Positions 17,059 to 26,333 of a DNA stretch of 32,000 nt are shown one piece after another (position 1 is the first letter of the stretch; each line of letters begins with the position of its first letter). The stretch is taken from assembly GCF_000009705.1 (NCBI RefSeq), contig NC_003270.1:1-32000 (forward strand), written 5' to 3'. The stretch comes from Nostoc sp. PCC 7120 = FACHB-418. GTDB lineage: Bacteria > Cyanobacteriota > Cyanobacteriia > Cyanobacteriales > Nostocaceae. A program made the position numbers and the translations under genes. The notes beneath the pieces were generated by a model that was not told the origin of the DNA, searched no databases, and worked only from the letters and a program-made list of their open reading frames with translations.

Positions 17059-19092
17059 ATGGATCAGCCAAAGTCTCCTGATGATAATCAAGCATCTTCG
17101 CCTGAACCTGGTATAAGACAGGAGGCTAATAATTCAACTTTCGGTGGTGGACAGCAGGCTGCAATAGGTAATGATAATATCCAAAATCAGGGGAACAATA
17201 ACTGGCTAGGTAATACTTGGAATGTTTTTTTTGGGCAGCCGACAACCCCAGTAGGCAACCCGGCTCGACCAAAGAACGAACGGATACTATTAGCCGCAGT
17301 CAAAGAAGAAGTTACTTCCCGGTTAAGGCAGTCTCTACACAATGCTGTGCTAATTAATCTAGGGAAAGAATCACAACCCCAGCAGGTAAAACGCTTTTGG
17401 GATGCAGAGATAAAAATTGGCTTAAAGCCTGCTGAACCTCTCTCAGATACCACAACAATTTTGGAAATTTTTGACTCCCAAGAAATTGCAGGTAAGTTGC
17501 TAATTCTGGGAAATCCTGGTGCTGGGAAAACTACTACAATGCTAGATTTAGCGAAAGCTTTAATTGCACGGGCAGAACAAGATGCTGATTATCCAATTCC
17601 AGTATTGTTTAACCTCTCGGCTTGGAAGTATGATAAGCAGTCGATGCGGGATTGGTTGGTGCTGGAATTAAAGTCGAAATATGTAGTGCGTCAGGATATT
17701 GGTGCAAAGTGGTTGGATGATGTCAAGTTGTTACCAATGTTGGATGGGTTGGATGAACTAGAGTCAGCACGTCAGGAAGCTTGTGTCAATAATATTAATA
17801 AATTTGTGCAAAATGAATGGAGATCGCAGTATTTAGTGGTTTGTAGTCGCTCGGAAGAATACACAAATTATAAAATCAATCTGCAATTAAATGGAGCAAT
17901 TTTTCTACAACCACTTACAGATAAACAAATTCAGGCATATTTAACAAGGCTAAACCAACTAGAATTATGGAGAATAATACAAGTTGATACAGAGCTATTA
18001 AAGTTGCTAAGAACATCTCTATTTTTATCAATTTTAGGATTTATCTCATTGCATAAAGCTTTATCTCTTCAAGAGTGGAAAACACTTACATCAACTCAAA
18101 CACGACTGGAATACTTTTTTGGTACTTACTGGGAAACGGCAATAAGACGAGATATTGTGACTCCACAAATGGAGTCTCAGGGATTTAAAAGCCGTTCTTA
18201 TGGAAAGAAAAAACCTCCGAGTGAAAAGCAAACACGAAGGTGGTTACTGTTTTTATCACAGCAGTTACAAAAAGAATCCAGAACTGAATTTTTGATTGAA
18301 AAAATGCAATTGTCTTGGTTGATAAATAATAGAGAAAAATGGACTTATAGAATATCTTTTGGGATGCTTAGTGCCTTGATAGTTGGAATGATTTTTGGGA
18401 CATTTGGTGAACTGAATGTTGGTCTAACCTTTGGGCTGATTGGCGGACTAATTGGTGGGTTTAAGGAAATTAGATCTGTTGAATCATTTCGTTTTAATTT
18501 TACTGATAAACTAGGTAAAAATTTATTTAAAAACATAATCTATGGACTACTTACTGGACTTAGTTTTGGATTGATTGGTGCATTAATTGGTGAATTTTTT
18601 TTAAGGCTGAGTGGCAGAGGTTTGATTGCCGGGTCGTTTTTTGGCTTAATTAGTGGTGTGATTATTGGACTAATTAATGGGTTAAAAGCTGATATCCAAA
18701 CTCGAACAAAACCAAACCAAGGAATTTTGGAGTCTGCAAAGAACTCGGCTGTAATTACCCTAAGCATCCTACTCATTTTTGTTCTGATACAGGCTTTAGC
18801 TTCGCAAACTCTCAGCAACATCTTTACTCAACCTAAGTTCACTAGTCTTGTAGTTTGTTTACTGGCTGCATCAGTCTGTGGGTGTGGTTCAGCAAGTGGT
18901 GGTCAAGGTGGTATGCAGCATTTTACCCTACGCCTCGTCCTCTACTTCAACGGCTACATCCCTTGGAACTACGCCCGTTTCCTCGACTACTGCACTGAGC
19001 GATTATTCCTCCAGCGTGTAGGTGGACGCTACCGCTTCATCCACAAACTGCTGCAAGACCACTTCGCGCAAATGGAGTTCAAACGGGATTAA
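17059..19092 (+). CDS. NACHT-type STAND NTPase with an N-terminal Q/N/G motif and a C-terminal multi-pass glycine-zipper membrane domain
   Basis: First ATG at 17059 (MDQPKSPDD..; the track TTG is at 17032). Motif 'STFGGGQQAAIGNDNIQNQGNNN' at nt 17134-17202. Walker A 'LGNPGAGKTT', Walker B 'LLPMLDGLDEL', 'VVCSRSEEY'. The C-terminus has repeated 'GLxFGLIGxLIGxF' hydrophobic segments. Confidence 0.85.
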   Translation: MDQPKSPDDNQASSPEPGIRQEANNSTFGGGQQAAIGNDNIQNQGNNNWLGNTWNVFFGQPTTPVGNPARPKNERILLAAVKEEVTSRLRQSLHNAVLINLGKESQPQQVKRFWDAEIKIGLKPAEPLSDTTTILEIFDSQEIAGKLLILGNPGAGKTTTMLDLAKALIARAEQDADYPIPVLFNLSAWKYDKQSMRDWLVLELKSKYVVRQDIGAKWLDDVKLLPMLDGLDELESARQEACVNNINKFVQNEWRSQYLVVCSRSEEYTNYKINLQLNGAIFLQPLTDKQIQAYLTRLNQLELWRIIQVDTELLKLLRTSLFLSILGFISLHKALSLQEWKTLTSTQTRLEYFFGTYWETAIRRDIVTPQMESQGFKSRSYGKKKPPSEKQTRRWLLFLSQQLQKESRTEFLIEKMQLSWLINNREKWTYRISFGMLSALIVGMIFGTFGELNVGLTFGLIGGLIGGFKEIRSVESFRFNFTDKLGKNLFKNIIYGLLTGLSFGLIGALIGEFFLRLSGRGLIAGSFFGLISGVIIGLINGLKADIQTRTKPNQGILESAKNSAVITLSILLIFVLIQALASQTLSNIFTQPKFTSLVVCLLAASVCGCGSASGGQGGMQHFTLRLVLYFNGYIPWNYARFLDYCTERLFLQRVGGRYRFIHKLLQDHFAQMEFKRD

Positions 19093-19264
19093 GCAGATAC
19101 CACCAACTCACACAGGGCGATCGCCAATCCCGTCGCCTTTAAATTTATCGAAGGCTTGAGCCGTGAAAATCTGCGCTTTGATGTAGCTGATACCGTCACT
19201 GGATTTGTCTTAGTGAGCTATACTCAATTTTTATTCAAGCATCTAAGTAGACAAGATAAATATA

Positions 19265-19699
19265 ATGACTAATAATCCTGGTGGAATTTCCCAAAATGTA
19301 AGCGGTGGTAATGTGTACGGTGGTATGCAAGCGGCGCAGGGCGACAAAAACCAGCAAACAATGGAGACCAATGTAGTCGCATCTGGTGAAAAACAGCTAA
19401 CTCAGGAAGATGTAATTCGGATGTTAGCGCAGATAGAACAATTAGTAGGTGCAAACCCAGAACTACCAGAAGCAGTTAAAGAAAAGTCACTCAAATATCT
19501 AGGAGCCGCTAAAGAAGAAGCTCAAGTTCCTGAACCTGATAAACAGTTGGCATCTGGGAATCTCAAACGGATGGCAGAAACACTGAAAACTACAAGCGAA
19601 ACTGTAGCATCAACTAAAAACCTTTGGGAGAATGTTAAACCAATTTTGTTGGAACTACCCGGCTGGCTAGGTGTTGCTAAAAGTTTCTTTGGATTTTAG
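19265..19699 (+). CDS. Small helical protein carrying the Q/N/G motif at its N-terminus; a paralogue of the pentapeptide protein's C-terminal module
   Basis: 'MTNNPGGISQNVSGGNVYGGMQAAQGDKNQQ' at nt 19265-19357. It is 88% identical at nucleotide level to 16576-16653. The C-terminal tail is hydrophobic ('ILLELPGWLGVAKSFFGF'). Confidence 0.75.
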   Translation: MTNNPGGISQNVSGGNVYGGMQAAQGDKNQQTMETNVVASGEKQLTQEDVIRMLAQIEQLVGANPELPEAVKEKSLKYLGAAKEEAQVPEPDKQLASGNLKRMAETLKTTSETVASTKNLWENVKPILLELPGWLGVAKSFFGF

Positions 19700-19711
19700 T
19701 AAGACAAATCT

Positions 19712-20689
19712 ATGAATCAGCCGCCTTTATCTGACTCTACCTCAAACCAGCCTCTTCAGAATACCCTTCAGCAGAATGCGGAAAGCTCGACACTGGGAGG
19801 AGGTATTCAAGGTACTCAGGGTAATAACAATATCCAGATTCAGGGATCAGAAAATCAGGTTAACAATATTAACTTGACACTGGTTTTAAATGAAAAAACA
19901 ATTGAACAAACAAAAAATAGTGAACAACCAATTATTACTGAATCTGGGTTAGTTATTGAATCATCAGGAAGTTGGGTTTTATTACAAGGTTACTTCTTTC
20001 AAACAGAAACTGTTCGCCAGCATCAAGATGGCACATTAACTGTAATGATTCCGTCTGAGAGTTCCCAAGACGATGCAACAATTCAATCACTTCGTCCTGA
20101 CCGTTGGGGACAGTCACAGCTAACTACATTCGCTTATCGAAATGATGGTTTTCTTGTCAAGGTTGAGGAGATAGAAGCAGAATCTAGAAGGGACTCTTAT
20201 ATATGGAAACTCACTCTCAAGCCAGCAAACATCGAGTATGGTGGTAGTACTTTTGAAATGTCATATCAAGAACGCGACCAAACCTACTCAGCCGATGACA
20301 TTGCTAATTTGAGAGGAAGACGGATATTACTGAACGATCCGCCCAAGCAGGTCATAGATGCTAAGTTTTACAGGCCTGCTTCGGCAAACAATCAAATGCT
20401 TGAGACGTTAATTAGAGGTATTAATACCCCCATTCAAGTTGAAAATTGTGTGCTGCAACCTCTATACTCTGTTTACAAGGATAGACCAAAGCTTTTTCTT
20501 GAACTGGCACGACTGATGGCTATTTTTTCTCTGAAAGCTGGCGATGTTGTTGAGCAAGTACTGGAATTGGCATTAGGGCCAATTGAACAAGCCAGCGTTC
20601 ATGTAAGATTTCGAGGTAGAAGACGGAAGAAGTATGTTAATGTCGAGCCATCTATCATTGAAATAGAAGGTGATTGTCCTCTTGAATAA
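19712..20689 (+). CDS. Protein of unknown function with an N-terminal Q/N/G motif
   Basis: 'MNQPPLSD..' then 'STLGGGIQGTQGNNNIQIQG' at nt 19787-19846. The ~260-aa remainder matches no family I recognise. It starts 13 nt after the previous stop. Confidence 0.75.
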   Translation: MNQPPLSDSTSNQPLQNTLQQNAESSTLGGGIQGTQGNNNIQIQGSENQVNNINLTLVLNEKTIEQTKNSEQPIITESGLVIESSGSWVLLQGYFFQTETVRQHQDGTLTVMIPSESSQDDATIQSLRPDRWGQSQLTTFAYRNDGFLVKVEEIEAESRRDSYIWKLTLKPANIEYGGSTFEMSYQERDQTYSADDIANLRGRRILLNDPPKQVIDAKFYRPASANNQMLETLIRGINTPIQVENCVLQPLYSVYKDRPKLFLELARLMAIFSLKAGDVVEQVLELALGPIEQASVHVRFRGRRRKKYVNVEPSIIEIEGDCPLE

Positions 20690-20872
20690 CTGGGGGATAA
20701 AATATTAGGCATATTCTCTACTCTGTCGCAGAATAACCATGCACAATCTCGCAGGTTTTTTGCGCGACATGGCTCTATTAAATGCCATGCTTATCGTAAT
20801 AAAGATATTTTCTGTTGATAATTACAACTTGTGATTAAAATTACTAATATGTCCAGCTATTAACTTATTTGG

Positions 20873-23800
20873 ATGTCGCAGATTTACAAATGGAAAAGGT
20901 TTTGGTATCCAAGGTCAGGTAGGATTAATCTGACAGGCTTTGGTTATTTATATGACCCAGATACAGACTTTGGACATTACCTAAATCCAGATTTAGTAAC
21001 ATTTAATGCAATAGCTCATTTACCCTGTTTGGCACTTCTAGGAGAACCAGGAATTGGTAAGAGCTTTGCTATTGAGGCAGAGCAAAAAATAATCGATGCC
21101 AAAATCAAAGAAGAAGGTTCCCAGATACTCAGGTTAAACCTTCGTGAATACAGCAGCGAAGACAGATTAGTCCGCAGGTTTTTTGAAAGTCCAACTTTTA
21201 ATGCTTGGATACAGGGTCAGCATCGGCTTTATGTTTTTCTTGACAGTTTAGACGAGTGTCTATTGAGAATTAACACTCTGGCTGCACTATTAGTAGGCGA
21301 GTTATCAAATTACTCAAACCACGTAGAACGCTTATATCTTCGCATTACCTGTAGAACTGCTGATTGGCCTAATAGTCTTGAACAAGGGCTGAAAAAAATT
21401 TGGGGAAAAGAGGCTGTAGGAGTTTACGAGTTAGCTCCCTTGCTTCGGGTAGACATTGCCTCGGCTGCACAAACAAAGGGTTTAGACGAGAACAACTTTC
21501 TTCAAGCTATTGAAGAACAAGAAGTTGTGCCATTGGCTATCAAGCCAATTACACTAAAATTTTTACTAAACACATACTGCAACAACGGTAGCCTACCCAC
21601 CCAGCAAACAGAACTATATTTAAAAGGTTGCCAATTGCTATGTGAAGACACCGAAGATCGCCGTGATGCTCGGCTCACTGGCAACTTTACTGCTGACCAA
21701 AGAATGGTTGTTGCCGCTCGTATTGCCGCCGTAACAGTTTTCTGCAATCGATATGCTGTATGGATGGACATAGACCAAGGTGAAGTTCCCCCAGAAGATG
21801 TTGTGATTCGGGAGCTAGTTGGAGGAATAGAATTTATTCAGGGAGACGAATTTTCTGTAACCAAAGATGCTGTTAGAGAAGTATTGTCTACAGCATTATT
21901 TTCTTCTCGCGGATGTCATCGTATGGGGTGGGCGCACCAGACTTATGCTGAGTTTCTTGCTGCTTGGTATTTGCAACACCGTCAATTAACCTTAGAGCAA
22001 ATGATGAGCTTAATAGTTCATCCAGGCGACCCTGATGGCAAATTGATTCCCCAACTTCAGGAAACAGCAGTTTGGTTATCAAGTATAAATCAAAAAGTTT
22101 TTCAGGAGGTAATGAAGACAAACCCAGACATTTTATTAAACAGCAGCGTAGCCACTGCTGACGATACAGTTAAAGCAAATTTAGTTGAGTCATTGCTAAA
22201 ACTTTATGACGAAGGAAAGTTGTTGTATGAACCCAGATATGGGGCGTATATACACTTGAAACATCAAAACTTAGCGGCTCAACTTCAATCATATATTTAT
22301 GATGCCAGTAAGAACGAAACCGCACGATATGTGGCAATCGAAATTGCACAACAGTGTGAAGAAAAATCGCTTCAAGGAGACCTAGTTAGTATTGCCCTTG
22401 CCCCTGAACAACCTTATTGGGTTAGGGTAAATGCCGCAGATACAATTTGTCTTATTGGTGATGAAGAAACTAAAGCAAGATTAAAACCATTAGCTACTGG
22501 TAAAGCGGGGGATGATACTGAAAATGAACTCAAGGGCTATGGTCTTCGTGCTGTTTGGCCGAATCATATAACAGCAGCAGAGTTATTCAATATTCTTATA
22601 CAGCCTACAAACAAGGCTACTGGTGGAACATATCAAAATTTTGTTGCCAAAGATATTGGACGACAAATACAGTTGGATGATTTGGCAATAGCTTTGAAGT
22701 GGGTTGAACAGCAACCTCTAAGACGCGATTTATGTTACCCATTTAATGAACTGGCAGATACCATACTGCTAAAAGCTTGGGAACATCTTGATGTTCCAGA
22801 TATACTCAAAGCTTTTGCAAATATAGTTTATTATAGGCTCAAAAATCATGACCAAATTACAGATAACCGTATATATAATGAAAACGAATCTTCTTGTGAA
22901 GAGCTACTAATACAAGATGACAATAAACGTCGTCAAATTTTAGAAACAATAGTTACTAGATTTTCTCAATCAGAAGCAGAAAGAATAGGAGTTTTAAGTT
23001 ACAACTTTCCAGGAATAAACCAAGATTTCCTGTGGATTTTAGAAAAACTCAAAGAATCATCATCCGAAGCTAATCAGCTAGCATGGGCAAAGTTAATCTG
23101 GCGACTATTCAAGAGATATGACCCAGAACAAGTAAATGCAATACTTACAATTAGCGAAGATATTCCCATACTAAAAGCAGAATTTTCAAAATTGATTGAA
23201 CCAATAAAATTAACTTCTCAAACAGCAATAGAAGAAAGAGCAAATTACTTAGAAGACCTGAAACAGCAGGAGCGTAATAATAATCAACAACTTTTAGACC
23301 CACCTCCCAAAGACCGAATTATCAAATGTTTAGACCAATTTGAATCTGGAAATCTTAATTCCTGGACGCAGATATGTCATGATATAACACTTATACCCAA
23401 TAGCATATACTATGACAAGATGCTATTGTTTAAACCAAATATAACAACGCTTCCTGGTTGGGAGGAAGCAGAATCATTAACAAAAACAAGAATTATAGGA
23501 GCTGCAAAAGTATATATACGTAAAGGAGACCCTATAACGTCGCAATGGCTAGGAACCAGTAAGTTTTATTACTCTACATTAGCTGGTTACAAAGCACTAT
23601 GCTTAATTTTACAAGAAGAACCAGAGTATATATATGCTATTCCTGATGGTGTTTGGAAAAAGTGGACGGCAGTTATACTCGATTATCCCAAAACAGGTAA
23701 TCCAAAAGATGAAGAAATTCGTCAAGAATTGGTGAAAAATACTTACAAAGTCGCTCCAGATGAAGTTATCAATACCCTCATTATTTTGATTGACAAAGAA

Positions 23801-24781
23801 AATCAGGATAACGGTTCTATTTCAATTCACCATGCACTAGAAAAATGCTGGGATAAACGCTTGGCAAGTACCGTTTTTAGTAAAGTAAAAAATCATCAGT
23901 TAAAGCATGAAAATTTAAGTAATTTACTTGAGGCACTCATAAGCCACAACTTTGATGAAGCCAAAACTTTTGCTGAATCATTAATTTCTTTACCCATTCC
24001 TGAAGATGCTGAGGAAAGAGCCAAAGTACTTGCCGCAGCAACAGCTCTTATGAGATATGCAAAAGATGCAGGCTGGTCAGTTGTTTGGGATGTGATTCAC
24101 CACGACCCAGAATTTGGTAGAGAATTAATTGAAGCTGTATCTTACTCTTTTGAATACACAGATAGTTTAGAGCAGAGACTAAAAGAAGAATATATAGCAG
24201 ATTTATACATTTTTCTTGTTCAGGAATATCCTCCTATTGAAAAAAGTAAGCAAGACGATTCTCAAGCAGAAGAACTCACGGGCATAGAAGCCTACAGAAT
24301 AAGACCAAAAGATGCTGTCACCACCTGGAGAAACAATATTCCACAGCGTCTCAAAAACCGTGGTACACCTGAAGCTTGTGAGGCTATTCGGCGAATCATG
24401 CGCGAACTACCAGACCAAAAGGATAAATTGGAGCGGTTTTTATTAGAAGCTGAGACTTTAACTCTCCGTAATACCTGGATTTCACCGCAACCATCAATAA
24501 TAATTGAACTAGCAAAAAGTAGTTACTCTAAAGAGGTACAGTCTTTAGTCAACTATGGAATCATACAAAATTTTCAAGACAGCACTGTTCACGGCAGCGT
24601 GCAGGCATTACAAGGTAATCATAACCAACAAAGTATTGAGAATGCAAATGTAGTTTCTCAGGAGAACCTGGCTAATACTCCAGTTCAAAAACATATATTA
24701 TGTACTAATTGCGGTCATGTAAATCCAAATAGTTGTAAGTTTTGCTCCCAATGTGGGCAAAAAATAATATCACAAATTTGA
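20873..24781 (+). CDS. Large STAND-like P-loop NTPase with a HEAT/ARM-like helical region, a C-terminal Q/N/G motif and a zinc ribbon
   Basis: Walker A 'LLGEPGIGKSF', Walker B 'LYVFLDSLDEC', 'RITCRTADWP'. HEAT-like 'VRVNAADTICLIGDEE'. Motif 'STVHGSVQALQGNHNQQ' at nt 24581-24631. Terminal 'CTNCGHVNPNSCKFCSQCGQ'. Confidence 0.85.
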   Translation: MSQIYKWKRFWYPRSGRINLTGFGYLYDPDTDFGHYLNPDLVTFNAIAHLPCLALLGEPGIGKSFAIEAEQKIIDAKIKEEGSQILRLNLREYSSEDRLVRRFFESPTFNAWIQGQHRLYVFLDSLDECLLRINTLAALLVGELSNYSNHVERLYLRITCRTADWPNSLEQGLKKIWGKEAVGVYELAPLLRVDIASAAQTKGLDENNFLQAIEEQEVVPLAIKPITLKFLLNTYCNNGSLPTQQTELYLKGCQLLCEDTEDRRDARLTGNFTADQRMVVAARIAAVTVFCNRYAVWMDIDQGEVPPEDVVIRELVGGIEFIQGDEFSVTKDAVREVLSTALFSSRGCHRMGWAHQTYAEFLAAWYLQHRQLTLEQMMSLIVHPGDPDGKLIPQLQETAVWLSSINQKVFQEVMKTNPDILLNSSVATADDTVKANLVESLLKLYDEGKLLYEPRYGAYIHLKHQNLAAQLQSYIYDASKNETARYVAIEIAQQCEEKSLQGDLVSIALAPEQPYWVRVNAADTICLIGDEETKARLKPLATGKAGDDTENELKGYGLRAVWPNHITAAELFNILIQPTNKATGGTYQNFVAKDIGRQIQLDDLAIALKWVEQQPLRRDLCYPFNELADTILLKAWEHLDVPDILKAFANIVYYRLKNHDQITDNRIYNENESSCEELLIQDDNKRRQILETIVTRFSQSEAERIGVLSYNFPGINQDFLWILEKLKESSSEANQLAWAKLIWRLFKRYDPEQVNAILTISEDIPILKAEFSKLIEPIKLTSQTAIEERANYLEDLKQQERNNNQQLLDPPPKDRIIKCLDQFESGNLNSWTQICHDITLIPNSIYYDKMLLFKPNITTLPGWEEAESLTKTRIIGAAKVYIRKGDPITSQWLGTSKFYYSTLAGYKALCLILQEEPEYIYAIPDGVWKKWTAVILDYPKTGNPKDEEIRQELVKNTYKVAPDEVINTLIILIDKENQDNGSISIHHALEKCWDKRLASTVFSKVKNHQLKHENLSNLLEALISHNFDEAKTFAESLISLPIPEDAEERAKVLAAATALMRYAKDAGWSVVWDVIHHDPEFGRELIEAVSYSFEYTDSLEQRLKEEYIADLYIFLVQEYPPIEKSKQDDSQAEELTGIEAYRIRPKDAVTTWRNNIPQRLKNRGTPEACEAIRRIMRELPDQKDKLERFLLEAETLTLRNTWISPQPSIIIELAKSSYSKEVQSLVNYGIIQNFQDSTVHGSVQALQGNHNQQSIENANVVSQENLANTPVQKHILCTNCGHVNPNSCKFCSQCGQKIISQI

Positions 24782-24867
24782 GACGTAAACAATAACTTCA
24801 TTTATAATTTTTAACTTTGATTCAAGGGATTATTTACTATTATAAAATTTACTTTCTTACTTTTATA

Positions 24868-25887
24868 TCACTCGGAATCCTTCAACATCCCCGTTAACAA
24901 TTCCGACATTTCCCACAGGTCTTTATTCCGGTTATCATCATAAATCATCAACGTTCTGGGGTCAGCATGACGGCTCAACTTCTGCACCTTTCTAATATTC
25001 CCATCCGTCGCATCAAGTGCTGCCGTAATCGCCGAATGCCTCACCCTGTGAGGTGACATCGGTTTCTTTACCCCCACCTTCTTAAAAGCACTAGCCACTA
25101 TTTTATAGATAGCATCCGTAGTCAATCTATGCCCAGAGTTATGAAAATCTAATGCTGTAAAAATTGGTAAATCGGGTTTCAAATCCCCTCGTGCAATCAA
25201 CCAATCAGCTATCGCCGCCGCCACATCTTTTGACATATCTAAATATTCTTCATTCGTTCCCTTCCCCTTACCCAAAACTCGCAACTTGCGCCCATAAAAA
25301 TCAAAGTCACCCACATTTAACTGACATATCTCCTGACGACGCAAAGCTAAACCCCACAGCACCAGAAAGATGGCATAATTGCGTTTACCAATCAAAGTCT
25401 CCCTGTCAAACTGCCCAAGTACAAGTGCTATCGTCTTGCTATCAACCCCCCGCGTATCTCGATATGCCTTGACCTTCTCCCCTTCGACATCTTCCAGGGA
25501 ATAATTGCACACCCCCAACTTCCGCCCCATCTTCGCCAAAGACTTAATCGCCGCCAACCGCCGATTAATTGTTGCTTCCCGCACCCCCGAAGCTATCAAT
25601 TTCGCCTTATACTTCAGCACCACCATCACCGCTTGCTCGCGCTGCAAGTGCAGAAACTCCAGCACACTATCCCCAGTTGGCGGCATTAGAGTCATCTTCA
25701 TAAAGAAATCCCGCAAATCTTTCTCGTAAGCCCGCCGAGTATTGGGGTTGCGCTTATCTGCCAACAGTTGCGCCAACACATCCGGGTCGCCCTGAAGCTC
25801 TGCGTCAAAATACCTAGTGATTGGCGCATCTAGACACGCTTCTAACTCTACCTTGACTAATTCCCCCCAAACCGGCTCGTTAGGCAT
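24868..25887 (-). CDS. Tyrosine recombinase (XerC/XerD / phage-integrase family)
   Basis: Catalytic signature pieces are present: 'GLALRRQEI' (Arg), 'HRVRHSAIT' (H-x-x-R), 'SRHADPRTLMIYDD' (His..Tyr). An N-terminal SAM-like core-binding region is present ('RRAYEKDLRDF'). Confidence 0.85.
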   Translation of the reverse strand: MPNEPVWGELVKVELEACLDAPITRYFDAELQGDPDVLAQLLADKRNPNTRRAYEKDLRDFFMKMTLMPPTGDSVLEFLHLQREQAVMVVLKYKAKLIASGVREATINRRLAAIKSLAKMGRKLGVCNYSLEDVEGEKVKAYRDTRGVDSKTIALVLGQFDRETLIGKRNYAIFLVLWGLALRRQEICQLNVGDFDFYGRKLRVLGKGKGTNEEYLDMSKDVAAAIADWLIARGDLKPDLPIFTALDFHNSGHRLTTDAIYKIVASAFKKVGVKKPMSPHRVRHSAITAALDATDGNIRKVQKLSRHADPRTLMIYDDNRNKDLWEMSELLTGMLKDSE

Positions 25888-26333
25888 AATTGCTCACTAC
25901 TGCGTTATTGATAATACAGATTTCCAATAACGTTCATCATACTCCGCTAAGGGAGTGCATTAATCTTTACATTCACTTCGGAGTAAAATATTTCTTGCGG
26001 AAGTTGGCAGGTGTTAATTAGTTATGTTAAGTCTGTAATTTCCGGCTGAGATATCAAAATTGATAGCTAAAAGTGGGGGATGTGGTGCAGATGTCTTTGA
26101 GGTAAGCCAGTTTATCAAATATCCGACTTGCCCATGCCCAGCAAATGAATGAGCTATGGTTGAGTTTAAAGTTTTTAATTTTAGATAATTAATCACATCA
26201 CATTGATGTATTCTGAGCTAAAATTTCTCTTTTTTTATTTGAGGTTATTTTCAACCCAAGAGCAAAATAAAGTAGCTCCGATGAGCGCAAAAATTTAATG
26301 AATAATGGCTAGTTTTATTCTTAATAAAAAATA

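Noticed and set aside
26014-26196. 60-aa minus-strand ORF between the recombinase and NACHT-GUN4 genes
   Set aside because: No start context, no family features, and it lies in an A+T-rich intergenic region.
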